Shown piece after piece: positions 17,024-27,232 of a stretch of DNA of 64,000 bases. The notes beneath the pieces are model-generated. The model ran no database searches. It was given only the letters and a program-made list of their open reading frames with translations, and was not told the DNA's origin. The stretch spans positions 2,232 to 66,231 of the forward strand of contig CAYQJV010000006.1 of NCBI GenBank assembly GCA_964417925.1, given 5' to 3'. Each line of letters starts with the position of its first letter. The stretch's first letter is position 1. Source of the stretch: an uncultured bacterium (lineage in GTDB: Bacteria; Hydrothermota; Tepidihabitantia; B3-TA06; CAYQJV01). The translations under genes and the position numbers were made by a program.

Positions 17024-20000
17024 ATGTTTGGTATGGTAATATTGTTATTTTCAGTTATTAAAGCACCTATATCTTGGGAAATTAAAGAAACCCTTTCAGA
17101 AGAAATACACACAAGGAGCCCCATCAAAAACACAGTAGGAGTTATACTTGTTACCAATACCAAAGACACAGGCCCAGGATCTTTGAGAGATGCAATAAAA
17201 ATTGCCAATTCCTCTCCCGGCGTTGACACCATAGAATTTGCTATTCCAGAAACCGATCCAGGATACATAGAGTACGACTCCACACATCATGTATGGAGAA
17301 TAAAACTTTTCTCTCCACTTGTGATTAAAGAAGCTGTGGTAATTAACGGTTTCTCACAAAAAGTAAATATAAAGGATGCAAACCCTGGAGAAATTATCTG
17401 TAGTGAACGTGTAGGGACTCAAAAGATCTCCCTTACACCTTTTGAAAAGCCTGAAATAGAATTGTATGGAGGAGGAACAAATAAGTACTGTTTTATAATT
17501 GATGCTTCTCAAGTAACAATTAAAGGTTTTGCTATTTTTGGCTTCGGAATGCATGGAACTGCAATAGGGGTGAAAAACCATCTTTCTACAGATGTAATTA
17601 TAAAAGACAACTTTATAGGATTAACTGCTACAGGAGAAGATCCATACAAATATGGTTTAGAGAGAAATAGAAATTATGGAATATTTGTGGTAGGAAGCGG
17701 AGGTGAAATTACTCATAATATAGTAGCCTATTGTGCAAACATAGGTATAAGTATTACTGGTGAGTGGAATTGGGGGATCCCTGCTGTTGGAGAAAACTAT
17801 GTTGTAAAAAACAACTATGTTTATTCAAATGGATACAATCCATTTGTTTCTTCAGGAGACGGAATAGATATCGTAAATGGGGCAGAAAAATGTCTTATCA
17901 TTGGAAATGTAATTGTAAATAATACAGGTTATGGAATAGATTTAGACAGAAGTCAGGGACACATAGTAATACAACAAAATACAGTAAAGAAAAATGGTAC
18001 AGGAAGAATATTTACTGTGGGTATACGCTGTGAAGGAGATTCAAATATAATAATGAACAACGTGATTTGTGAAAACCTGGGAGCAGGCCTCACTTTATTA
18101 CCAAGAGAAGATGGAAATGCAGATGAAAATGGATTTGGTCCGAGATTCCCCAATACAACTTATTACAATATACTCACTGCCAATTCTTTTGAAAATAACG
18201 AAGGTCTGGCAATTGATATCATTACCACTCTTAACGATATATGGAACAACAATGAAGGAGTTACTAAAAACGATGATAATTACAGTAAAGATGCAGGAAA
18301 TATGGGAATAGACTTTCCAGTAATAGTTGAGGCCACCTATGACGGAGTAAATCTATCCATCAAAGGATACATCGGAGATTCTTTGCCCAACCCTTTATTT
18401 GGAAATTCAAAAGTTGAAATATACCGAGTAAGTGAGGACCCCAGTGGATATGGAGAGGGTATTGAGTATCTGAAAAGCTTAAATGTAACATCTGAAGGAT
18501 ACTTTTCTGGAATCTTTCCTGCTCTTCTTAATCCAAATGACAAAATATCAGCAATAACAATTGATAAAGAGGGGAACACTTCTGAATTCGGTAAAAACAA
18601 AGAAGTAACATGGAGTATACATACCTATCAACCTGATATGCATATAGGGAAAGATGAACACTCCTATATCGGCGACAATATATACAACACCACAGGAGAA
18701 AACCAAACAGTGGAAAAGGAAGGAAAAGGTGGTGAAACAGTAGTATTTTTTATAAAGATAGAAAACGATGGAAACAGCGAGGATACAATTATAATAAAGG
18801 GAACACAAGGTAATAACCGATGGGAGGTAAAGTATTTTTATCCAAAGCATTCAAGCACTCAAATAACAGAGAAAGTAATAAATGAAGGATATCCAATAGG
18901 ACCCTTATCTCCAGGTGAATATGATGAAATAAGACTTGAGATTACAATACCTGTTGATGTAAAGCAGGATGAACTTTTTAATGTATATGTGCAAGGAAAG
19001 TCACAAAACAGTCATTTAAAACAGGATGTAGTAAAGGCAGTTGTTAAAAAAGAAAATAAAAATGAAGCCTACCAGCCTGACCTTGCAATAGCCTCTCTTT
19101 CATCGCTTAATGATATTGAAGGAGAAAATATCTACAATGTTACAGGAGAAAAACAGACCAAGTATTTCACCGGAAATTTAAAGAAAAGTTTCTACATAGA
19201 AATAGAAAATGATGGTAAAAAAAATGACGTAATAAAAGTACAATCCTCGTACTGTGGTAGCGGAATAAAATTTTATAATGCACTTTCTGGAGGAGATGAA
19301 ATTACAGAGGAGGTGATAAGCAAGGGATGGAATGTGTCTCTTCAGCCTCTCGACTCCGTCTACATAAGGGTTGAAATAATTCCTGAAAGTCTCCATACCA
19401 GTAACAGTAAACTGGAATTCCTTATTAAAGGAACTTCCCAAAATGATACTACGAAGATAGACGCAGTAAAAATAGTTTACCACTGCTACCAATGGAAAGG
19501 ATATCAACCCGACGTAATGGTATCATCTGATGGAAAAAGTTTCATAGGCAACGATATATATAATCTTTCAGCAGAGGGTCAAACGATTACAGAAATAATA
19601 CAGCAATCCTCCTCCGAAACTTTATATGTAAAACTCCAGAATAATGCAGACTCTTTGGATAACATAATTTTAAAGATAGAAAAAGAAGGAAGTTCTGAAC
19701 TTAAAATCTATACCAGTATAGGAGAAGACATCACTGAAACTGCAATGAGTAAAGAAGGATATCTCATTGAAAATCTCTATCCCAGCGAAGAAGAAAACCT
19801 AAAATGCATATTAAATCCAAAAGACTCCTTAGAAATCACTTATGTTAAAATTCATGCTGTATCCCCAAAAGATCCTACAAAAGAAGATTTAGGAAAACTG
19901 GTATTATACTCAAAAAACCTTATTAAATGTCAAAAGTGGGCATATCCTGCTCATGGCTCTTTTATATACCCCACCGATACAGTAACCTATTATCTTGCCT

Positions 20001-20948
20001 GTACTAATTTCTTAAACGAATCTTTATACAATGTAATAATCTCTGATACTATAAAAGGAGATTTTCAACATGTACTGGCCATTTCAGACAATGGTATACT
20101 CTCAGGTAATGTAATCACCTGGAACATTGAAAAAATCTCTCCACATGAAAGCGATACTTTTTCCTTTAAAGGAGTTGCACCCTTACATCCGGATACATTG
20201 ATAAACTTTTTCACTTTAAAATCATCTGATTTTGCCGAAATCTCTTTTTACTCGGACACAGTTATACACTATTTAATTCCAAAACAATCGCTTTTAGATA
20301 TCACTCCAGAACAAACAAAAGATACAACTCCTGGTAATCCAATTTTTTTTTGAAGTTTATATTGTTAATTTATCTTCAGATACTGAATGTGTAAAATTTA
20401 AAATTGAATATGAGGAAAAGCCCCACTGGAAAATAGAACTTTTAAATAACTATACAAAAGATAACAACAATTATTACACCACATTACCAATTCCCCCTGG
20501 AGACAGGGATACAGTGAAATTGAAAATAACAACTCCGTCTAATTTTGGAATTTCTCTTGGAGGTATAGACACAGTTGATTGGTGGTATAGAATAAAGTTG
20601 AAAGGATACTTAGAAAAATTTCCCCATGCAAAGGATAGTGTCTATCTCTGTGCAAGACTTTCTCTAAAACCTGATATTCCTAACTATCCCAATCCAGTAA
20701 GCTTAAAAAGAGGTAAAACTACCTTTAAATTCCAAATCCCTGACCAGATGAAGGTAAAACTTAGAATATATACAAGAGCAGGGGAATTTGTAAAAGAGTT
20801 ATTCAACTATACTGAAAAAAAAGGAATTCACGAAAGAATATGGAATTTAAAAAACAATGCAAGCAAGGTAGTTTCCCCAGGCACATATATCTATGTATTC
20901 TGGGCAGATAATTACCGAATAGTTAAAAAAATAGTAATAACAGAATAG
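17024..20948 (+). pseudogene. Large secreted beta-helix/Ig-like protein, split by a one-base frameshift at a T9 run (20343-20351)
   Basis: VTNTKDTGPGSLRDAI, beta-helix repeats, GNTSEF, three YQPD repeats, DUF11-like domain. First ORF ends ATT TTT TTT TGA; the +1 frame is open from 20352 to 20948 and encodes an NYPNP..FlgD-like sorting domain. Confidence 0.75.
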
Positions 20949-21644
20949 TTAAATCTTCTTAATAAGAAAGAATATTTCTGCCGCTTTTTCCAGTATTTCA
21001 ATCAAATCTAAAGCCTTTTCCAAATTCTCTTCAGCTGTAATAACTCCATGCTTTTCCCACACTATAACTCTGTGTTTTTTAAAAGCTTTTAAGGTCTTTT
21101 CTGCAAGAATTTTTGAACCTGGAGTTGCTTTCACCACTTCTATTCCCTCTGGAATTTTCACCTTTATTTCAGGATGTATTGAAAGTAACACATCTTTAAA
21201 TTTTTTAATGTGAGAACAGGCTACAAGTCTTGTAGGATGGGTATGGAGGATAACTCTATAAGAAGGTTTTTCCTGCACAAAATAGGAATGCAGAATAAAA
21301 TGGGTCATGTATTCACTGGTAATCGGAAGCTCATTTGTGGAAAAGTAAGATTTCCCTTTCTCACCTATCTTAATAATTGCCAAGTTTCCTAAAGGATCAT
21401 CCACCATATCTCTCATCCTTGCCCCTGCTTTTGTAATGATGAAAACTTTATTTTCCAACGCACCAAATGTTTCGGTAAGGTGTTTTAAAAAGAGCTTTCT
21501 TCCCTTAAAAAATCCTCCAGGAAGATCTTTTTCCTCTATTCGAACCGAAATGTTTCCAGCATTTGCTTCTGCCCATCCTCTTTCGTATAGAATCTTTGCA
21601 ACTTTCTGAATCTCTTTTAACTCTGGTATTCTATAAAGTTTCAT
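20949..21644 (-). CDS. Class II aldolase, rhamnulose-1-phosphate aldolase-like
   Basis: GWAEANAGNISVR, TSEYMTH, ILHTHPT, WEKHGV. Confidence 0.8.
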   Translation of the reverse strand: MKLYRIPELKEIQKVAKILYERGWAEANAGNISVRIEEKDLPGGFFKGRKLFLKHLTETFGALENKVFIITKAGARMRDMVDDPLGNLAIIKIGEKGKSYFSTNELPITSEYMTHFILHSYFVQEKPSYRVILHTHPTRLVACSHIKKFKDVLLSIHPEIKVKIPEGIEVVKATPGSKILAEKTLKAFKKHRVIVWEKHGVITAEENLEKALDLIEILEKAAEIFFLIKKI

Positions 21645-21704
21645 ATTATTTTAATTTATGATATACAACCTATCTTTTAAGTCAAATTAAGTATCCTACT
21701 AAAC

Positions 21705-21733
21705 TTGACATCTTACAACATCAAATTTATAAT
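21705..21733 (+). promoter_or_regulatory. Sigma70 promoter
   Basis: Perfect TTGACA-N17-TATAAT. Confidence 0.75.
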
Positions 21734-21754
21734 CTTGGTCTAAGGAATAAACTA

Positions 21755-22957
21755 ATGAAATTGTCAGAGGATCCTAAATTTGTTTTTTATTTGAAAAAAT
21801 ACAATAGATACAGTATAAAAGCATTGCTCGGAAGTATTGAGAGATATGGAATAAAAAATAATAACATATATATAAAACAGAACCTCAATGAAGTTCTGGA
21901 ATTTATATCCAAAACCCAAAATGTAACCCTCCTCCTCTCTTTTCCTACACCACAGGTTTTTGAGATAGAAAAAGAAATAAAAGAAATAAAAAAAACCAAA
22001 AAAGATTTAATTATCATTGTAGGAGGGCCCCATGCTTCAGGAATCCCATCTCACTGTTTCAAAATAGGAGTTGATAAAGTAGTTATAGGTGAAGGAGAAA
22101 AGGTAATTATTGAAATACTTAAAAATCCATACCACAGAAGTAAAATCATTGTAGGAGAAAAAATTACGCTTGATGAATATCCATCTTTTAGTAAAGAGTT
22201 TAAAATCTTTGGACCTATTGAACTAACAAGAGGATGCCCTTTTTCTTGCACCTATTGTCAAACCCCAAGAATATTTGGGCAAAAGCCAAGACATAGAAGT
22301 ATTGATAAAATTGTTGAAGAGGTGGAAATAAGACTAAAACATGGTAGAAAAGACATAAGATTTATATCTCCAAATGCCCTTGGATACGGAGCAGAATTTA
22401 AAGAATGTAAGCTTGAAAAGATAGAAGAACTTTTAAAAACAATAAGAAAAATATTAAAAAATAAAGGAAGAATATTTTTCGGTACCTTCCCTTCTGAAAT
22501 AAGACCAGAGTTTATTACCAAAGACACAGTAAAAATTTTAAAAGAGAATGTAAATAACAACAACATCACAATAGGAGCACAATCTGGGAGTGAAAGAATA
22601 CTTGAACTTATTAAAAGAGAACATGGGGTAGAAGATGTGGTTAAAGCAGTTGAAATTCTTACAAAAAATGGATTTCTGGTAAATGTAGATTTTATGTTTG
22701 GACTTCCCGAAGAAACAGAAAAAGACAGAAGAGATACTATTAGATTAATGGAACTACTCGTAAAAAAGGGAGCAAGAATACATGCCCATACCTTTATTCC
22801 CCTTCCTGGAACCCCTCTGTTCAGTAAAACTTCTTCAGAAATCGACAGAAATTTCATACAACGAGTAGAACACTTTATCTCTTCGGGCAATCTTTTTGGG
22901 CAGTGGAAAAAACAACTGGAGTTAAGAAAAAAAATATTAAAAAAATTAATTAGTTAA
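21755..22957 (+). CDS. B12-binding radical SAM protein (TIGR04013/MJ1487-like)
   Basis: VGGPHASG, GEGE, IELTRGCPFSCTYCQTP, FFGTFPSEIRPE, HAHTFIPLPGTP. Confidence 0.85.
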   Translation: MKLSEDPKFVFYLKKYNRYSIKALLGSIERYGIKNNNIYIKQNLNEVLEFISKTQNVTLLLSFPTPQVFEIEKEIKEIKKTKKDLIIIVGGPHASGIPSHCFKIGVDKVVIGEGEKVIIEILKNPYHRSKIIVGEKITLDEYPSFSKEFKIFGPIELTRGCPFSCTYCQTPRIFGQKPRHRSIDKIVEEVEIRLKHGRKDIRFISPNALGYGAEFKECKLEKIEELLKTIRKILKNKGRIFFGTFPSEIRPEFITKDTVKILKENVNNNNITIGAQSGSERILELIKREHGVEDVVKAVEILTKNGFLVNVDFMFGLPEETEKDRRDTIRLMELLVKKGARIHAHTFIPLPGTPLFSKTSSEIDRNFIQRVEHFISSGNLFGQWKKQLELRKKILKKLIS

Positions 22958-22958
22958 G

Positions 22959-23708
22959 TTAAATAAATAACCCCCAATCTTTTATAAACCTTTTCCATTT
23001 CTCTATTTCATTTACTGCAGTTAAATTAATTGATAAAGGAGTAATGGAGATATATCCATTGTAAACTGCATTGAAATCAGACCCCTCTATTGAAACATGA
23101 GATAATTCGCCCGAAAGAATATATTTTGCTTTTCCCTTTTTATCTATCGTCTTCTCCACTATATCCTTGTATATTCTTTTACCTAAGAATGTAACCCTAA
23201 TACCTTTTATCTTTCCTTCAGGAATGTTTATATTTAATAAAGGCACCATATTTTTTATCTTTCCTTCAAGGATTGCCTTTACAAGTTTTTTTAAAAATCC
23301 ATAGAATTTAACATCTATCTTCTCAATATTCAATGCAGACAACGCTATTGAAGGATATCCAAGTAACTTCCCCTCAATAGCAGCAGCAACGGTACCTGAA
23401 TACATTACATCTTCTCCCATATTAGGAGCATAGTTTATACCTGAAAGTACAATATCTATATTCCTTCTCATTATTTCGTGATGGGCAAACAATACACAAT
23501 CTGTTGGAGTTCCATAAACTTTATACCAGTTTTTTTTAATTTCATCCACCCTTACAGGTTTTCTTATGGTAAGTGAATGACTTGCTCCTGACTGCTCTTC
23601 TGCAGGGGCAACCACAAATACATCTCCAAGCTCCTCAACCGCTTTATGCAGAAGCAAAATTCCTGGAGCATCAATTCCATCATCATTTGTTACAAGAATT
23701 CTTTTCAT
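22959..23708 (-). CDS. surE: 5'/3'-nucleotidase SurE
   Basis: ILVTNDDGIDAPG, GTPTDCV, SGIN..N.G, YSGTVAAA. Confidence 0.95.
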   Translation of the reverse strand: MKRILVTNDDGIDAPGILLLHKAVEELGDVFVVAPAEEQSGASHSLTIRKPVRVDEIKKNWYKVYGTPTDCVLFAHHEIMRRNIDIVLSGINYAPNMGEDVMYSGTVAAAIEGKLLGYPSIALSALNIEKIDVKFYGFLKKLVKAILEGKIKNMVPLLNINIPEGKIKGIRVTFLGKRIYKDIVEKTIDKKGKAKYILSGELSHVSIEGSDFNAVYNGYISITPLSINLTAVNEIEKWKRFIKDWGLFI

Positions 23709-24376
23709 ACAAAGATTAATTTTACTGATAAAACTATAAATCTCAAGGTATCAACAAAAGGACTTATATGACTTCCTCCAACACTGTACATAGTTCTTAT
23801 TGGGACTTCTTTTAAGGAAAACCCTGCTCTGCACGCCTTTACAAGCAACTCTGACTCTGCTTCATACTTTTTTGTTTTAACAGGAATTTTTAAAATCCTG
23901 GAAAGATTTAACATCCTGTATCCACACTGACTATCCTTAATTCTTCTCCCACATAGCACGGATACAACAAAGGAGGTGAGAACATTTGAAATTACCCTTT
24001 TAAAAGGCATCACCTTTGGATCTATTTTTCTTCTGCCTATCACAATATCATAAGAAGTATTTTTTAAAAACTTATCAATATCATCAACCAAGTGTTGTCC
24101 ATCCGCATCCATTGTAACTACATACTCAAATCCAAGTTCTTTTGCAAAAAAAAATCCTTTTCTCTGAGAATATCCCTTGCCCTCATTTTTTTCGTTTTTT
24201 AAAACCCATACACCCTTTTTTCTTGCCATTGTATAGGTTTTATCAATTGAACCATCATCCACAACAATTATTTCTTTCTTTGAAAATCCTTTTTTAAAAA
24301 GTTTATCAATAAGATCTTCTATGTTTTCCTCTTCATTGTAAGCAGGTATAACAACTGCTATCTTATTTTTGGGCAA
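23705..24376 (-). CDS. Glycosyltransferase family 2 (DPM synthase-like)
   Basis: VIPAYNEE, VVDDGS, MDADGQH, DSQCGYR. Confidence 0.9.
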   Translation of the reverse strand: MPKNKIAVVIPAYNEEENIEDLIDKLFKKGFSKKEIIVVDDGSIDKTYTMARKKGVWVLKNEKNEGKGYSQRKGFFFAKELGFEYVVTMDADGQHLVDDIDKFLKNTSYDIVIGRRKIDPKVMPFKRVISNVLTSFVVSVLCGRRIKDSQCGYRMLNLSRILKIPVKTKKYEAESELLVKACRAGFSLKEVPIRTMYSVGGSHISPFVDTLRFIVLSVKLIFV

Positions 24377-25205
24377 GTCTTCTTACTATTTTCATATTCA
24401 TTTTATCGTCCTCAGGAGACTTCCTGGGGGTTTCCATTATTGCTGGTAATTTTGATAATACAGGGTGATTTATTATTCTTTTAAAACCATCCTCCCCTAT
24501 ATATCCTTTACCTATATGCCAATGTCTATCTTTTCTTGAATTAAAAGGAGTATAAGAATCATTGAGATGCAAAAGGTAAAGTTTATTCAGCCCTATGTAT
24601 TTATCAATTTCTTCAAGCGTCTCCTCGAGCCCCCTCTTGGTAGAAACATCGTACCCACCCTCAAAGGCATGAGCAGTATCAAGTACAATTCCAACCCTTT
24701 TCTTTTCGTCAATTCCATCTATTATACTCTTAAGTTCTGCAAACGTTCTTCCTATCTCTGTCCCCTCTCCAGCAGTATTCTCAAGAAGAAGGAAAACTTT
24801 ATTTTTAACCTTTCTAAAAGCTTCATTTATTGCTCTTATTATTCTTTCAATACCATCTTCTAATGTAGAATTCATATATGCTCCAGGATGTATAACCAAA
24901 TACTTCCCTCCAAGAATCTCTGTTCTTCTTAAATCTTCAATCAGTGCCTTTTTTGACTTATTATAAAGAGTCCTATCGGGCGATGCGAGATTGGGTAAGT
25001 ATGGAAGGTGAATAACAAAGGGATCTATTTTATACTTTTTAAGTCCTTTTTTTAACTCCTCTGCATCCTTCTTATCTATAGGTTTGTAAACCCATCCCCT
25101 TGGGGTTGTTGAAAAAATTTGCGCAGTTTCGCATTTAAGTTCATAAGCCCTTAAAGGAACTTTTTTAAAACCTCCTCCTATGGAAACATGAAAACCGAAT
25201 TTCAT
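24363..25205 (-). CDS. nfo: Endonuclease IV
   Basis: GFHVSI, LLENTAG, LDTAH, HLNDS, DRHWHIG, METP. Confidence 0.95.
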   Translation of the reverse strand: MKFGFHVSIGGGFKKVPLRAYELKCETAQIFSTTPRGWVYKPIDKKDAEELKKGLKKYKIDPFVIHLPYLPNLASPDRTLYNKSKKALIEDLRRTEILGGKYLVIHPGAYMNSTLEDGIERIIRAINEAFRKVKNKVFLLLENTAGEGTEIGRTFAELKSIIDGIDEKKRVGIVLDTAHAFEGGYDVSTKRGLEETLEEIDKYIGLNKLYLLHLNDSYTPFNSRKDRHWHIGKGYIGEDGFKRIINHPVLSKLPAIMETPRKSPEDDKMNMKIVRRLAQK

Positions 25206-25230
25206 ACAAGAACAAGAATCTTCATTTTTA

Positions 25231-25524
25231 TCATAGAGAAGGAAATTGAAATCCAGTGATTTTTACTATCTCTTCCTGAGCCCGCTCCTCGGCTTTCCTT
25301 TTGGCTTCATTTACAGCAGCAATTATCAAATCCTCAAGCATATCTTTCTCCTGAGAATTTATAACTTCAGGTTCTATAAAAAGTTCCACAAGTCTCCCTT
25401 TTCCATCACAAACAGCTTTTACCATTCCTCCTCCAGATTCAGCCTCCACTCTGATTTCACAAAGTACTTTATCTATTTTTTCTTTTATTTCAAGAGCCTT
25501 TTTAAAAAAATCCATTCCTTTCAT
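25231..25524 (-). CDS. ybaB: YbaB/EbfC nucleoid-associated protein
   Basis: SGGGMVKA, MLEDLIIAAVNEA; follows dnaX. Confidence 0.92.
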   Translation of the reverse strand: MKGMDFFKKALEIKEKIDKVLCEIRVEAESGGGMVKAVCDGKGRLVELFIEPEVINSQEKDMLEDLIIAAVNEAKRKAEERAQEEIVKITGFQFPSL

Positions 25525-26948
25525 TTAATTATTTCTCCATCAAAAAGGTTTATTATCTTCTTTATTTTTCTTTTCGTTTCATCCTCGGAAATCCCATCCT
25601 TCTTTTTCTCTCGTTCTTCTTTTATTTCAATCACTACTTCCATTCCCATCTTTTCTTTGAGCAATCTCTCCATATTCACTTTCTCCTTTTTTAAAATCTG
25701 TGCATGAATATTGGATAAATCGTCAAGATACAAAACGAGTTTTTTATCTTCTTCAGAAACTCTTTTAACAAAACCAAGATGAGCAGCGAGCATAGGTCTT
25801 TTATCTTTAAGAACTTGCATTAATGTCTTGAAAGTTGTTTTCTCTTTCTTTTCTTCTAAATCTTTTTCCTCTTTCTCTATGGTCGTCTTCTCTTTCGGCT
25901 TTACCTTTTTCTTAAGTCTTAATAACAGTATTTCAAGCAAATATCTTTGAACCAAACTTTTCTTAAATCTTTCCTCTTCTGAAAGAAGAATTCCCAAAAT
26001 ATCCATCATCTCCTCCTGTGTAAGGGAGACTTCAAACTCTTTTTTATTAGACACTCCAATAGAATAGAGCCAAGCTTCCCTTAAAAATTTAATCAATCCA
26101 TAATAAAACTCAACAAAATCATATCCTCTTTTTGCAATTTTGTCCACGAAGTCAAAAACTCCTTTTTCATCTTTTGAAAGCATTATTTGAATAAACTCTC
26201 TGTATATAACTGTAGGAACTATACCGAGAAGCTCTTCTACATCCTGAGCAGTTATTCTTCCCTCTACATAAGACCACACCTGTTCAAGTAAACTCTCTGC
26301 ATCTCTCATACTTCCATCTGCACTTCTTGCAATCACCCAAAGAGCATCTTCTTCTATATCTATGTTCTCTTTTTCTTTTATAAATGAAAGTCTCCGTACA
26401 ATTTCTTCCTCAGTAATCTTTCTAAAATCAAATCTCTGGCATCTGGATATCACAGTTTGAGGAACCTTATGGGGAGCAGTGGTTGCAAATATAAAAACTG
26501 CATGGGAAGGAGGTTCTTCAAGGGTTTTTAAAAGAGCATTGAAAGCTTCATGGGTAAGCATATGAACTTCATCTATTATATAAATTCTGTATCTTCCTTT
26601 TGTTGGTTTAAATCTTATGTTTTCCCTTATGTTCCTTATTTCATCTATGTTTCTATTAGATGCTCCATCAATTTCTATAACATCAAAGCTCCTGGATTCT
26701 GAAATCTCAATGCATGATGAACATTTATTACATGGTTTTGGAGTTATTCCTTGCTCACAATTTAAAGCCTTGGCAAGTATTCTTGCAGTGGTAGTCTTTC
26801 CTATTCCCCTTGGTCCAGCAAATAAATATGCATGAGCTATTTTTCTTTTCTTAATGGCATTTATAAGAGTTTTCTTTACATGTTGCTGATTATAAAGTTC
26901 ATCAAAATCCTTAGGACGGTATTTTAAAGAGATTACCCGATGCATCAT
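25521..26948 (-). CDS. dnaX: DNA polymerase III subunit gamma/tau
   Basis: KYRP, GPRGIGKTT, EIDGASN, IIDEVHML, AFNALLKTLEEPP, SRCQ. Confidence 0.96.
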   Translation of the reverse strand: MMHRVISLKYRPKDFDELYNQQHVKKTLINAIKKRKIAHAYLFAGPRGIGKTTTARILAKALNCEQGITPKPCNKCSSCIEISESRSFDVIEIDGASNRNIDEIRNIRENIRFKPTKGRYRIYIIDEVHMLTHEAFNALLKTLEEPPSHAVFIFATTAPHKVPQTVISRCQRFDFRKITEEEIVRRLSFIKEKENIDIEEDALWVIARSADGSMRDAESLLEQVWSYVEGRITAQDVEELLGIVPTVIYREFIQIMLSKDEKGVFDFVDKIAKRGYDFVEFYYGLIKFLREAWLYSIGVSNKKEFEVSLTQEEMMDILGILLSEEERFKKSLVQRYLLEILLLRLKKKVKPKEKTTIEKEEKDLEEKKEKTTFKTLMQVLKDKRPMLAAHLGFVKRVSEEDKKLVLYLDDLSNIHAQILKKEKVNMERLLKEKMGMEVVIEIKEEREKKKDGISEDETKRKIKKIINLFDGEIIK

Positions 26949-26952
26949 ATAT

Positions 26953-27232
26953 GGTGTCGGCCGTGCGACACCTTCGCCTGGGAAGTCATGGACTTACTGT
27001 AAGGGGTAAGGCTCCGACAAGGCACCCCTTGCACCAGAGGATACCTGCTTACCGTTGCTCCCTTTCGGGCCTGGCGGGGTTCACAGGTCCTACTGAGCAA
27101 GGACCCTGTCATCATCGCCCTCCCTTACAGCAGACTCCACCCCTTCCCAGACTCATGGTGCCCTTCAGCCCCGCATATGGCGGATTTCGGGTCCAGGAGA
27201 CCGCCAGCCTCCCGCTTAGCACGACCGACACC
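26953..27232 (-). ncRNA. ffs: Signal recognition particle RNA, large (Alu-domain-containing) type
   Basis: GC-rich island; helix-8 motif GTGAACCCCGCCAGGCCCGAAAGGGAGCAACGGTAAGC on the minus strand; 5' GGTGTCGGTCGTGC pairs with 3' GCACGGCCGACACC; directly upstream of dnaX. Confidence 0.92.

Noticed and set aside
22258-22890. Long antisense ORFs (this one, 50189-50821, 11984-12481 and similar)
   Set aside because: Ser/Phe/Ile-rich shadows of well-supported genes on the opposite strand
25206-25230. recR absent after dnaX-ybaB (likewise lspA after ileS-dksA and gyrA after gyrB)
   Set aside because: Operon shuffling is common; absence cannot be judged from one window
25686-25695. A AAA AAG in dnaX as a gamma/tau frameshift site
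   Set aside because: Very close to the C-terminus, no evident stimulatory hairpin, and such runs are common in this Lys-rich genome
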